Positions 18,164-27,132 of a stretch of DNA of 64,000 nt are shown here, in pieces (position 1 is the first letter of the stretch; each line of letters begins with the position of its first letter). The notes under the pieces are model-generated. The model was not told where the DNA came from and did no database searches. It was given only the letters and a program-made list of their open reading frames with translations. Origin of the DNA: Alphaproteobacteria bacterium (GTDB taxonomy: Bacteria; Pseudomonadota; Alphaproteobacteria; UBA6615); the NCBI GenBank assembly GCA_002727315.1, contig PBWR01000011.1, forward strand, positions 766 through 64,765. The letters run 5' to 3'. The translations under genes were made by a program, and so were the position numbers.

Positions 18164-19038
18164 CCGACCTCGACCGGGTTCGTCAGCACACCGACGTTCG
18201 AGACCTCGACCTCGATCGTGTCACCGGCCTTCATCCACAGTGGTGGGGTCCGGCCAAGGCCGGCACCGCTCGGCGTGCCGGTGGCGATCACGTCGCCGGG
18301 CACAAGTTCGGTGAATTTCGAAATATAGGCAATCAACTCAGGGATCGAGAAGATCAGGTCGTTGATGCCCGTATGCTGAACGACCTCGCCGTTCAGGCGG
18401 GTCTCCAGGGTGAGGGCGGCCGGGTCGGGAATTTCATCGTCGGTGACCATGCACGGTCCGAATGCGCCGGACTGGTAGAAGTTCTTACCCGGCATGTACT
18501 GGGATGAGTGACGCTGATAGTCGCGCAGCGTGGCGTCGTTGTAGATGGAGTAACCGCCCACATAGCTCAACGCATCGGCCTCCGACACGCGCCGCGCCGG
18601 TTTCCCGATGATCGCGGCCAGTTCGCCTTCATAGTCGAACATTTCGGATTCGGCTGGCGCCAGGATCGGATGTTTGTGGGGCACATGGCTGTTTGCCCAG
18701 CGGGCAAACAATGTCGGGTGATCGGGTAACTCGATTCCAGCTTCCTTGGCGTGCTCGCGATAGTTCCAGCCGACACAGATAATCTTTGCCGGGTCGCGGA
18801 TCGGTTCCAGCAACGTGATGCCGCTGGCCGGAAAATCCGAAGCCTTGCCCGAATTGTCGCCGAAACCGGTACCCAAATATTCTGCCACCTTTGCCTTGGC
18901 CGTATCGTCAGCGGCCAGATAGTCGCGCAAGGTCGGAATCGATGTGCCGAATTCGGCACCGAGATCGATGATGCCGCCATCGGGTGCGTAGGTGCCCCAG
19001 GATTCGCGATTGACCACTTTAAAACTGATGAGTTTCAC
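18160..19038 (-). CDS. Fumarylacetoacetate hydrolase family protein
   Basis: KIICVGWNYREH, FDYEGELAAIIG, NDATLRDYQ, GKNF, PGDVIATGTPSG. Confidence 0.93.
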   Translation of the reverse strand: MKLISFKVVNRESWGTYAPDGGIIDLGAEFGTSIPTLRDYLAADDTAKAKVAEYLGTGFGDNSGKASDFPASGITLLEPIRDPAKIICVGWNYREHAKEAGIELPDHPTLFARWANSHVPHKHPILAPAESEMFDYEGELAAIIGKPARRVSEADALSYVGGYSIYNDATLRDYQRHSSQYMPGKNFYQSGAFGPCMVTDDEIPDPAALTLETRLNGEVVQHTGINDLIFSIPELIAYISKFTELVPGDVIATGTPSGAGLGRTPPLWMKAGDTIEVEVSNVGVLTNPVEVG

Positions 19039-19069
19039 AATTACCCCCGGTTGGATTCGTTATGATTGA

Positions 19070-20227
19070 TCAGCCGTTTGCGGCATCGCGCAGCATGTTC
19101 CGCGCAATGACGATCTGCTGGATCTGTGATGTTCCTTCGTAGATGCGCAGTAACCGGACGTCACGGTAGAAACGCTCGATGGGATATTCGGCCATGTAGC
19201 CGGCACCGCCGAAAATTTGAACCGCGCGATCGGCCACTCGGCCGACCATTTCGGTGCAATAGAGTTTGCAGCATGCCGCCTCGATGGCGATGTTCTCACC
19301 ACCGTCGAACCGACGCGCGGCGTCTAGGACCATGGTGCGACCGGCATAGGCTTCTGTCCGGCTGTCGGCGAGCATGGCCTGGATCAGCTGAAATTCGCCG
19401 ATGGGCTTCCCGAACTGCTGCCGTTCGCTGGCGTAGCGTACGCTTTCGTCGATCAATCTTTCCGCCATGCCGGTTGCGATGGCGCCCATGTGAATCCGAC
19501 CGCGGTCGAGCACCTTCATGGCCGTCTTGAAGCCCTGTCCCTCCACGCCGCCGATCAGGTTCTCGGCCGGAACGCGACAATCCTCGAAAATCACGTCGGC
19601 GGTATGGGCACCCTGCTGGCCCATCTTCTTGTCCGGCGTCCCGACCGACAGCCCCGGAGAATCACGCTCAACAATGAAGGCGGAAACGCCACGCGCGCCG
19701 GGCGTCTCCGGGTCGGTACGCGCCATGACCGTGAAAATGCCGGCATGGGGTGCATTTGTGATGTAGCGCTTCGAGCCGTTGAGCACATAGTGATCTCCGT
19801 CGCGGATCGCCGTTGTCCGCAACGAGCCGGCGTCGGAACCCGCCTCGGGTTCGGTCAGCGCGAAAGAGGCAATGATCTCGCCGCTCGCAAGCCGGGGTAG
19901 CCATGATTGTTTTTGCTCGTCCGTGCCGTCGATGACGATACCTTGGGAGCCGATCCCCACATTGGTGCCAAACACCGAACGGAAGGCCGGCGACGTCCAG
20001 CCCAGTTCGAGAACGGCGAGGACCTCCTCGGTCATGGACAGGCCGATCCCGCCATATTCTTCGGGAATGGAAAGGCCAAAGAATCCGAGCTCGCGCATTT
20101 CCGCGATCACGTCTGCCGGGACTGCGTCATTTGCGGACACCTCGGCCTCAAGCGGGACCAGCCGGTCGCGCACTAAGCGACGGATCGTGTCGAGGAGTTG
20201 TTCCAGTGTGTCGGAATCCAGTGCCAT
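19070..20227 (-). CDS. Acyl-CoA dehydrogenase
   Basis: FALTEPEAGSDAGS, LNGSKRYITN, KKMGQ, RQQFGKPIGEFQLIQ, QIFGGAGY, IYEGTSQIQ. Confidence 0.95.
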   Translation of the reverse strand: MALDSDTLEQLLDTIRRLVRDRLVPLEAEVSANDAVPADVIAEMRELGFFGLSIPEEYGGIGLSMTEEVLAVLELGWTSPAFRSVFGTNVGIGSQGIVIDGTDEQKQSWLPRLASGEIIASFALTEPEAGSDAGSLRTTAIRDGDHYVLNGSKRYITNAPHAGIFTVMARTDPETPGARGVSAFIVERDSPGLSVGTPDKKMGQQGAHTADVIFEDCRVPAENLIGGVEGQGFKTAMKVLDRGRIHMGAIATGMAERLIDESVRYASERQQFGKPIGEFQLIQAMLADSRTEAYAGRTMVLDAARRFDGGENIAIEAACCKLYCTEMVGRVADRAVQIFGGAGYMAEYPIERFYRDVRLLRIYEGTSQIQQIVIARNMLRDAANG

Positions 20228-20363
20228 AGCGAGCCGGTTATATCCGGATCGCCCCCTTGGTTCCATGCAGGAATGGATTATCTACTGATCAGCCCAAACC
20301 TGTGAAACCGGCGTGTGTCTGCTATTCTGCGCGCCAGTTCGATCCGCCAGAGGAGGGATGCCG

Positions 20364-20924
20364 ATGTCCGAAGCGTTTGCACATGTGCCGGAACCCAACA
20401 ATGTGCCTAGTCCGGCCTATTTGGCGCATATCGTGCTCTACACGAAGCAGCGCGCAACGATGACCGACTGGTATTGCAAGGTGCTGGGCGCACAGGTCAT
20501 GGGCGATTCCGAGGGGATTTCGTTCTTGACGTTTGACGACGAACATCACCGGGTGGCGATCATCGAGCGTGACGGTATTGGCGACAAAGTGCCCGATACG
20601 GTCGGGTTGGCACATTTTGCCTATTCCTATTCCTCGCTGACGGACTTGGTGACCGTTTTCGAGCGGCTCAACGACTTCGATATCGCCCCCTATCGGCAGA
20701 TCAATCACGGTCCGACGACGTCGCTCTATTATCGCGATCCGGACGGAAACGCCGTTGAGCTGCAGACCGACAATTTCGAGTCCATCGCCGCGCTCAACGA
20801 GTGGTTCGCGACCGGGGCCTTCGACCGGGAACCGATCGGTGTGGAGATCGATATGAAAGAGGTCGCCGCCAAGCTTCACGCCGGCGTGCCGGAAAGCGAA
20901 CTGAAGAAACCTTTGCAGACATGA
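20364..20924 (+). CDS. VOC/glyoxalase family protein (extradiol dioxygenase-like)
   Basis: LAHIVL, FLTFDDEHHRVA, GLAHFAY, INHGPTTSLYYRDPDGNAVELQ; RBS AGGAGG. Confidence 0.9.
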   Translation: MSEAFAHVPEPNNVPSPAYLAHIVLYTKQRATMTDWYCKVLGAQVMGDSEGISFLTFDDEHHRVAIIERDGIGDKVPDTVGLAHFAYSYSSLTDLVTVFERLNDFDIAPYRQINHGPTTSLYYRDPDGNAVELQTDNFESIAALNEWFATGAFDREPIGVEIDMKEVAAKLHAGVPESELKKPLQT

Positions 20925-20960
20925 ACCGCGCCCGAACCGGGCACGGGAAAGGAAGATTCG

Positions 20961-21971
20961 ATGGGAATGTTGGTCGACGGATCGTGGATCGAGAACGATG
21001 CCACGGCGCGCGAAGTCGCCAAGGACGGCAAGTTCGAGCGCAAGGAAAGCCAGTTTCGCAGCTGGGTGACGGCGGATGGCAGTGCGGGCCCGTCCGGTGA
21101 GGGCGGTTTCCAGGCCGAGCCGGGGCGCTATCACCTCTACCTCGCACACACCTGTCCCTGGGCGCATCGGGCGCTGATTTTCCGGACGATCAAGGGGCTG
21201 GACAGTGCGATCTCGGTCTCACTAGCGCAGCCGGGACGGCATGATCAGGGCTGGACCTACGCCGACAATCCCGACAATCCCGACTGCGTGCCAGACCATG
21301 TAAATGGGTTCGAGCATCTGCATCAGGCCTATTCGGCATCGAAGGCCGACTACACCGGCAAGGTCACGGTTCCGACCCTTTGGGACAAGCAGACCGGCCA
21401 GGTGGTGAACAATGAATCGTCGGAAATCATCCGGATGTTCAATACGGCCTTCGAGGCGTTCACCAACGCCACCGAAGACTACTACCCGGAAGACCTCCGG
21501 GCCGAGATCGATGAGATCAATGAAATCGTCTATCACACCCTGAACAACGGCGTGTATCGCGCCGGTTTCGCTTCGTCCCAGGAAGCCTACGAAGAAGCCG
21601 TGATCGCGCTGTTCGACACCCTCGACAATCTCGAGGAACGCCTTGGCCGCCAGCGCTATCTCGTCGGCGACCGGCTGACCGAAGCCGACTGGCGCCTGTG
21701 GGTCACGCTGATCCGATTCGACGCGTGCTATGTCGGTGCGTTCAAGTGCAACATCCGGCGCATCGCGGACTATCCGAACCTGCTGAACTACACCCGCGAG
21801 CTCTACCAGATCCCCAGAATCGCCGAGACCTTCAGTTTCGATTTCGCAAAAAAGAACTATTACGGCATCGAGCGGATCAATCCGAACGGGATCGTGCCGA
21901 TCGGGCCGGAAGATCCCGTGGCTGTCTACAGGGCGCCGCACGACCGCGAGCGGTTTCCGGCCGAGAGTTGA
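20961..21971 (+). CDS. yqjG: Glutathionyl-hydroquinone reductase (GST Xi/omega-like, YqjG/ECM4 family)
   Basis: GRYHLY...CPWAHR, VTVPTLWDK, VNNESSEIIRM, NNGVYRAGFA, TEADWRL, INPNGIVPIGP. Confidence 0.93.
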   Translation: MGMLVDGSWIENDATAREVAKDGKFERKESQFRSWVTADGSAGPSGEGGFQAEPGRYHLYLAHTCPWAHRALIFRTIKGLDSAISVSLAQPGRHDQGWTYADNPDNPDCVPDHVNGFEHLHQAYSASKADYTGKVTVPTLWDKQTGQVVNNESSEIIRMFNTAFEAFTNATEDYYPEDLRAEIDEINEIVYHTLNNGVYRAGFASSQEAYEEAVIALFDTLDNLEERLGRQRYLVGDRLTEADWRLWVTLIRFDACYVGAFKCNIRRIADYPNLLNYTRELYQIPRIAETFSFDFAKKNYYGIERINPNGIVPIGPEDPVAVYRAPHDRERFPAES

Positions 21972-21986
21972 GAGAGCGGGGGTATC

Positions 21987-22379
21987 ATGATCGACAAGGA
22001 ACTTTACAAAACCGGCGAACGTATCCGCCGCGAAGTGATGGGGGACGCACGTGTCGATGCTTCGATGGCCAACCTCGATGATTTCAACCGCGATTTCATG
22101 GAGCAGTTCATCACTGAGCTGGGCTGGGGTTCGGTGTGGGGACGCGACGGCCTGACCCGAAAGCAGCGCAGCCTGTTGAACTTGGGCATGCTTGCCGCAC
22201 TGGGCCGGATGCACGAGTTCGAAGGCCATGTGCGTGGTGCGATCAACAACGGCCTCACGCGCGAAGAGGTTCGCGAGGCGCTTTTGCAGGTCACCATGTA
22301 TTGCGGAGCGCCGGCCGGTATGGAGGCGTTCCGTTCCGCGACCAAGGTTTTGAAAGAGATGGATGATGAGGCGGGCTGA
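21987..22379 (+). CDS. Carboxymuconolactone decarboxylase family protein
   Basis: GERIRREVMG, WGSVWGRDGL, RSLLNL, HVRGAINNG, YCGAPAG. Confidence 0.9.
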   Translation: MIDKELYKTGERIRREVMGDARVDASMANLDDFNRDFMEQFITELGWGSVWGRDGLTRKQRSLLNLGMLAALGRMHEFEGHVRGAINNGLTREEVREALLQVTMYCGAPAGMEAFRSATKVLKEMDDEAG

Positions 22380-22489
22380 CCCCCGTCGCCTAGCTGTCCC
22401 TTCTACGGTCTCCTTCCAAGGCCTGATTTCGTCAATCCCTGAAACACGCTACAACCGGTTTCACAACCGTTGCATGCGAGGGAAGAGAC

Positions 22490-23440
22490 ATGGCGAAGGC
22501 GTTTGCGAGTGCGGCCGATCTGGCACCGAAGAAGATCACGTTCGAAAAGCTCGACAAGGGCGTCTACGCCTACACTGCAGAGGGGGATCCCAACTCCTGC
22601 GTGATCGTGGGCGACGACGGTGTCCTGGTCTTGGACGCGCAGGCAACCCCCGTTATGGCGAAACGGGTGGTGAAGGAAATCCGCAAGGTCACGAAGAAAC
22701 CCATCAAGTATGTACTGCTCAGCCATTACCACGCGGTCCGGACCCTGGGTGCGAGCGGTTTCGGTGCAGCCGAAATCGTGATGAGCGAGGCGACACGAGA
22801 TCTCGTGGCCGAGCGGGGAATGCAGGACTACAAGTCGGAGGCCGATAGGTTCCCCCGCCTGTTCGAGGCAATCGAGACGGTTCCGGGGTTAACCTGGCCG
22901 ACGCTGACCTTCGAGAATGAGATGACTTTGTGGATGGGTGACCGCGAGGTCCGGATCATTCACGCCGGACGCGGACACACCAAGGGCGACACGATCGTGT
23001 GGTTGCCGAAAGAGCGTATCCTGTTCGCCGGCGATCTGGTGGAGGCCCATGCCGCGCTTTACTGCGGCGATGCCTATCTCACCGATTGGCCGGGTACGCT
23101 GAAGAAACTTCGCGCCCTCAAACCGCGTAAACTCGTACCCGGTCGCGGCCCTGCGGCGACCACGCCGCGGCAATGCGAAAAGGCCTTCGATCAGACAGAG
23201 GGGTTTGTCCGCGACCTGCTCCGGGGTGCCAGGCATGGCGTGAAACGTGGATGGTCACTCAAGGAAACCTTCGACCACACCTACAAGAAGATGACGCCGA
23301 AATACGGCGACTGGGCCATCTACGAGCACTGCATTCCGTTCAATGTCGGCCGCGCCTATGACGAAGCAGGCGGCCTCGAGCATCCGCGGGTCTGGACGGC
23401 CCGGCGCGACAAGATCCTCTGGAAGGAATTGCAGGCCTGA
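22490..23440 (+). CDS. MBL-fold metallo-hydrolase with a non-canonical SHYHAVR motif
   Basis: AYTAEGDPN, SHYHAVR, GHTKGD, FAGDLVE, VPGRG, HPRVWTA. Confidence 0.9.
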   Translation: MAKAFASAADLAPKKITFEKLDKGVYAYTAEGDPNSCVIVGDDGVLVLDAQATPVMAKRVVKEIRKVTKKPIKYVLLSHYHAVRTLGASGFGAAEIVMSEATRDLVAERGMQDYKSEADRFPRLFEAIETVPGLTWPTLTFENEMTLWMGDREVRIIHAGRGHTKGDTIVWLPKERILFAGDLVEAHAALYCGDAYLTDWPGTLKKLRALKPRKLVPGRGPAATTPRQCEKAFDQTEGFVRDLLRGARHGVKRGWSLKETFDHTYKKMTPKYGDWAIYEHCIPFNVGRAYDEAGGLEHPRVWTARRDKILWKELQA

Positions 23441-23444
23441 CGGA

Positions 23445-23648
23445 TCAGCTTCGGTCCGCAGCCTTGGCTGCGGCAATCGCCTGATCCAGGATTGCGCGTT
23501 CGCCGACGTGGTTGGCGAGAAGCAGGATGAGCCGGGCGTTCAGGCGCATGCTTTCGTCTTCGCTCAAACCGGCATGGGCTTCGATCAACGCCTCGTAGAA
23601 ATCGTCGGGCGCATCTATTCCAAGGCGGGTACGCAGTTCGCCGGTCAT
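23445..23648 (-). CDS. DUF2783 family small protein
   Basis: DDFYEALIEAHAGLS...LNARLILLLANHVG signature. Confidence 0.85.
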   Translation of the reverse strand: MTGELRTRLGIDAPDDFYEALIEAHAGLSEDESMRLNARLILLLANHVGERAILDQAIAAAKAADRS

Positions 23649-23672
23649 TCTGATCTCCCAGTCATGTTGTCG

Positions 23673-25241
23673 TCACAGTCGGGCACAGGCGCGGTTCCAG
23701 GCCTCCGTGACGGCATCGGCATTGAAGTGACGCCACCGCGCCGCCACATGCTGATCGGGGCGGAACAGGTAACAGGTCCCGGGTCGGGCGTCGTAGCGAT
23801 CGGAGGCCAGGCCGGTGGCATCGATCAGGACCAAATTTAGGCCGTCAATTGAAGGTGCATCGGTGCCGAAATGAACAAGGGTGAAAGCGTTGTCCGCGAG
23901 ATGATCGATCAACCAGTCGCCGGCGTTGCTTTGCAGCGGAGCATCGATGGCCGGTGCGCCCGGTGGCGGGCCGTCCTTGAACGTGTCGGCGTCGGGTGTG
24001 TTCAATGGCGAATCGCTGTAACGGGCAGGGACGGACAAGCGCCCGCTATTGACCAGCCGGCGCGCGAACTCGTGGTCACGCGCCAGGTCGAGAACGGCAT
24101 CGCGAAACGCGCCGCTGACTTTTGATTTCGGTGTCATGAAATCTGTGCTGCGTGTCGAGTTGAGCAGGTTCTCGTCCGTTGCCGGAATGCGTTCGGCGTC
24201 ATAACTGTCCAGCAGGCGCTCGGGGGCATCGCCCCGGATGACCGATGCCAGTTTCCAGGCCAGATTGTCGGTGTCCTGCAGTCCGCTGTTTCCGCCGCGT
24301 GCGCCGAAGGGGGACACGACATGGGCGCTGTCGCCGGCAAAAAACACACAGCCATGCCGTAACCTGGCCAAACGCCGGCAGGTGAAGGTGTAGACCGATG
24401 TCCAGACGATCTCGAAATCACCGTGCCCGAGCATGCGTTCGATACGCGGGATCACGCGCTCAGCCTTGCGTTCTTCGTCGGGGTCGGCATCCCAGCCGAG
24501 CTGGAAGTCTATGCGCCAGACATCGTCGGCCTGCTTGTGCATCAGGGTCGATTGTCCGTCGAAGAATGTCGGTGAGAACCAGAACCGCCGGATGGCGGGA
24601 AAATCCTCCTTCATCCTAATATCGGCAATCAGGAACCGGTCCTGGAAGACGCGGCCTTCGAAATCCAGACCCAGGCTTTCGCGTGTCTGGCTGCGCACGC
24701 CGTCACACGCAATTAGCCAGTCACCTTCGAGCGTATAGGGGCCATCCGGCGTGTCGACCTGGATTTCCACATGGTCATCGAATGACCGGACATCGCGGGC
24801 CGAATGCTGCCAGCGCAGGTCGATGGCCGCCAGTTCCGTGGCGCGCGCCACCATCTGCTGCTCGAAAAAGAACTGCTGCAGATTGATGAACGCCGGACGC
24901 TTGTGGTCTGGCTCGGGCAGCAGGTTGAAGCTGTAGATCAGCTCGTCGCCGACAAAAATCTCGCCTTCGTTCCACGTCACGCCCTTTTCGACAAGTGCGT
25001 CGCCCGTGCCCAGGCGGTCACAAATCTCCAGGCTTCGCTTGGCCCAGCAAATCGCCCGGCTGCCTTCGCTTACATCGCTGCGGGAATCGATCACCACGCA
25101 GGAAATGTCATGCAGCGCGAGATCGACGGCGGCGGCCAGTCCAACGGGGCCGGCGCCGAGAACAATAACGGGATGTCGCGTGGTCTGGCCGTCGAGCTCA
25201 GGGCTGCGGCGAAACACGAATGTCGGCTGTGATTGCGACAT
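23673..25241 (-). CDS. FAD-dependent aromatic monooxygenase (MhpA/PheA-like group A)
   Basis: GAGPVG, GSRAIC, CDGVRS, GDSAHVVSPFGARGGNSG, NLAWKL, YLFRPDQHVAARW. Confidence 0.92.
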   Translation of the reverse strand: MSQSQPTFVFRRSPELDGQTTRHPVIVLGAGPVGLAAAVDLALHDISCVVIDSRSDVSEGSRAICWAKRSLEICDRLGTGDALVEKGVTWNEGEIFVGDELIYSFNLLPEPDHKRPAFINLQQFFFEQQMVARATELAAIDLRWQHSARDVRSFDDHVEIQVDTPDGPYTLEGDWLIACDGVRSQTRESLGLDFEGRVFQDRFLIADIRMKEDFPAIRRFWFSPTFFDGQSTLMHKQADDVWRIDFQLGWDADPDEERKAERVIPRIERMLGHGDFEIVWTSVYTFTCRRLARLRHGCVFFAGDSAHVVSPFGARGGNSGLQDTDNLAWKLASVIRGDAPERLLDSYDAERIPATDENLLNSTRSTDFMTPKSKVSGAFRDAVLDLARDHEFARRLVNSGRLSVPARYSDSPLNTPDADTFKDGPPPGAPAIDAPLQSNAGDWLIDHLADNAFTLVHFGTDAPSIDGLNLVLIDATGLASDRYDARPGTCYLFRPDQHVAARWRHFNADAVTEAWNRACARL

Positions 25242-25268
25242 GGGCGCCCGCTCCGTGGTGCGGCAGCG

Positions 25269-25511
25269 TCAGCCGAACGCCTTGAACGTGATCGTGGTGA
25301 ACGTGTCGGAAACCCCGGCCAGGGTCTGGATGTTGTTTGTCACGAAGTGACCGATATCGGTGTCGTCTGCGAGGTAGCACTTCATCAGCAGATCGAACTG
25401 TCCCGACGTTGAATAGACCTCGGACACCTGGTCGATGTTGAGCGCGGCCTCGTCAGCCACCTCGTAAGCCTTGCCGAGTTCGCATTTCACCTGCACGAAA
25501 ATCGTCTGCAT
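25269..25511 (-). CDS. Stand-alone Lrp/AsnC ligand-binding domain protein
   Basis: 80 aa; EVYSTSGQFDLL...GVSDTFTTI; no HTH. Confidence 0.85.
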   Translation of the reverse strand: MQTIFVQVKCELGKAYEVADEAALNIDQVSEVYSTSGQFDLLMKCYLADDTDIGHFVTNNIQTLAGVSDTFTTITFKAFG

Positions 25512-25546
25512 CGCTTTATCGTCCGTTGTCTGACGCGGCGAAAAGT

Positions 25547-27007
25547 CTAACGCAAAAGAAAGGCCGGCGTGTGCTCATCTTTGCCGAATGCAGAATCGCC
25601 GTCATCATCATCGCTCTTGGGCTTGCCTGATCGGCTCTCATCCTTCGGCCTGGGCGTTCGGACCGGCTTGCATTGTTCGCGGACTTCTTTCTTCTTTGCG
25701 TCGGGTTTGCTGTTGGATTCCTTTGAAGATTCCGATTTGCGGCGGCCGCGCCGGCGCCGGCGCGGGGCGTCGTCTTTGTCCTTGGTCTCGCGCTCTTCGC
25801 TCGCCTCTGTGACCGCGTCCTCCTGAACGTCTGCAGCGGCGGCATCGTTGTCAGGGGTTTCGGTGTCTTCGTCGGTGCGCACGGCTTCCGGAGATCCGAT
25901 CGGCGGTATCGACTTGCCCAGCATCCGCTCGATCGCGCCGAGGAACTTGGCGTGGTCGCGGGTGCACAAGGTATAGGCATGGCCTTCCTTGCCCGCGCGG
26001 CCGGTGCGGCCGATCCGGTGAATATAGTCTTCCGCGTGCATCGGCACATCGAAGTTGAAGACATGGCTCATGTTGGCGATATCCAGGCCGCGCGCGGCGA
26101 CATCGCTGGCCACCAGCAGCTCGATCTCACCATCGCGGAACTTGGCCAGCGTTTCCATGCGCGCCGTCTGATGCATGTCGCCGTGCAGACCCGCCGCATT
26201 GAAGCCGTGCGACTTGAGGGATTTCTCCAGCGTCGCGACATCGCGCTTGCGGTTGCAGAAGACGATCGCGTTCTTGACGTCGCTGTTGCGGATCAACTTG
26301 CGCAGTGCGGCGCGTTTTTCCCGGAAGCCGCCACTGACACGCAGAAGGCCCTGGGTCACGGTTTCTGCCGCAGAGGCCTGTGGCGCCACCTGCACCGTTC
26401 GAGGGTTCATCATGTAGGCGTCGGTCAGACGCTTGATTTCCGCTGGCATGGTAGCCGAGAACATTGCGGTCTGACGAATGGCCGGAAGCAGCTTGATGAT
26501 GCGTTCGACATCCGGGATGAAACCCATATCGAGCATCCGGTCTGCTTCGTCGACCACCAGGACCTTGATGTCCGCGAGCAGCACCTTGCCGCGCTCGAAA
26601 TGATCCAGCAGGCGCCCGGGCGTGGCGATCAGGACGTCGACCCCGCGGTCGAGTTTCTCCTCCTGATCCGCAAAGGACACACCGCCGATCAGCAGTGCTT
26701 TGCTGAGTTTGTGGTTCTTACCGTAGATCTCAAAGTTTTCGGCCACCTGTGCCGCCAGTTCGCGGGTCGGTTCCAGGATCAGGGAGCGGGGCATCCGCGC
26801 CCTTGCACGGCCGGTAGAAAGAATCTCGATCATCGGCAGCGTGAAGCTGGCCGTTTTGCCGGTGCCCGTCTGGGCAATGCCGATGATATCGCGAGCCATC
26901 AGAAGGTGCGGGATAGCCTCAGCCTGAATGGGTGTCGGGGTCTCGTACCCCGCCTCGCCAATGGCGTTCAATAACGGGTCGCTCAGACCCAGGTCCTCAA
27001 ATCGCAT
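25547..27007 (-). CDS. DEAD-box RNA helicase (RhlE-like)
   Basis: Q motif, AQTGTGKT, PTRELA, TPGR, DEAD, SAT, ARGLD, HRIGRTGR; charged C-terminal tail. Confidence 0.96.
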   Translation of the reverse strand: MRFEDLGLSDPLLNAIGEAGYETPTPIQAEAIPHLLMARDIIGIAQTGTGKTASFTLPMIEILSTGRARARMPRSLILEPTRELAAQVAENFEIYGKNHKLSKALLIGGVSFADQEEKLDRGVDVLIATPGRLLDHFERGKVLLADIKVLVVDEADRMLDMGFIPDVERIIKLLPAIRQTAMFSATMPAEIKRLTDAYMMNPRTVQVAPQASAAETVTQGLLRVSGGFREKRAALRKLIRNSDVKNAIVFCNRKRDVATLEKSLKSHGFNAAGLHGDMHQTARMETLAKFRDGEIELLVASDVAARGLDIANMSHVFNFDVPMHAEDYIHRIGRTGRAGKEGHAYTLCTRDHAKFLGAIERMLGKSIPPIGSPEAVRTDEDTETPDNDAAAADVQEDAVTEASEERETKDKDDAPRRRRRGRRKSESSKESNSKPDAKKKEVREQCKPVRTPRPKDESRSGKPKSDDDDGDSAFGKDEHTPAFLLR

Positions 27008-27132
27008 ATTGCTCGTCTGCGTAGAAATCACACTTGATCGCGTGTTGTGCGGAAAATGAGGGTGGCGGCGCGGAAAGTCCAGCGATTCCATATGCTATTG
27101 CATGGTCAATTGGTTTCTGGAAGAAAGCTGGA

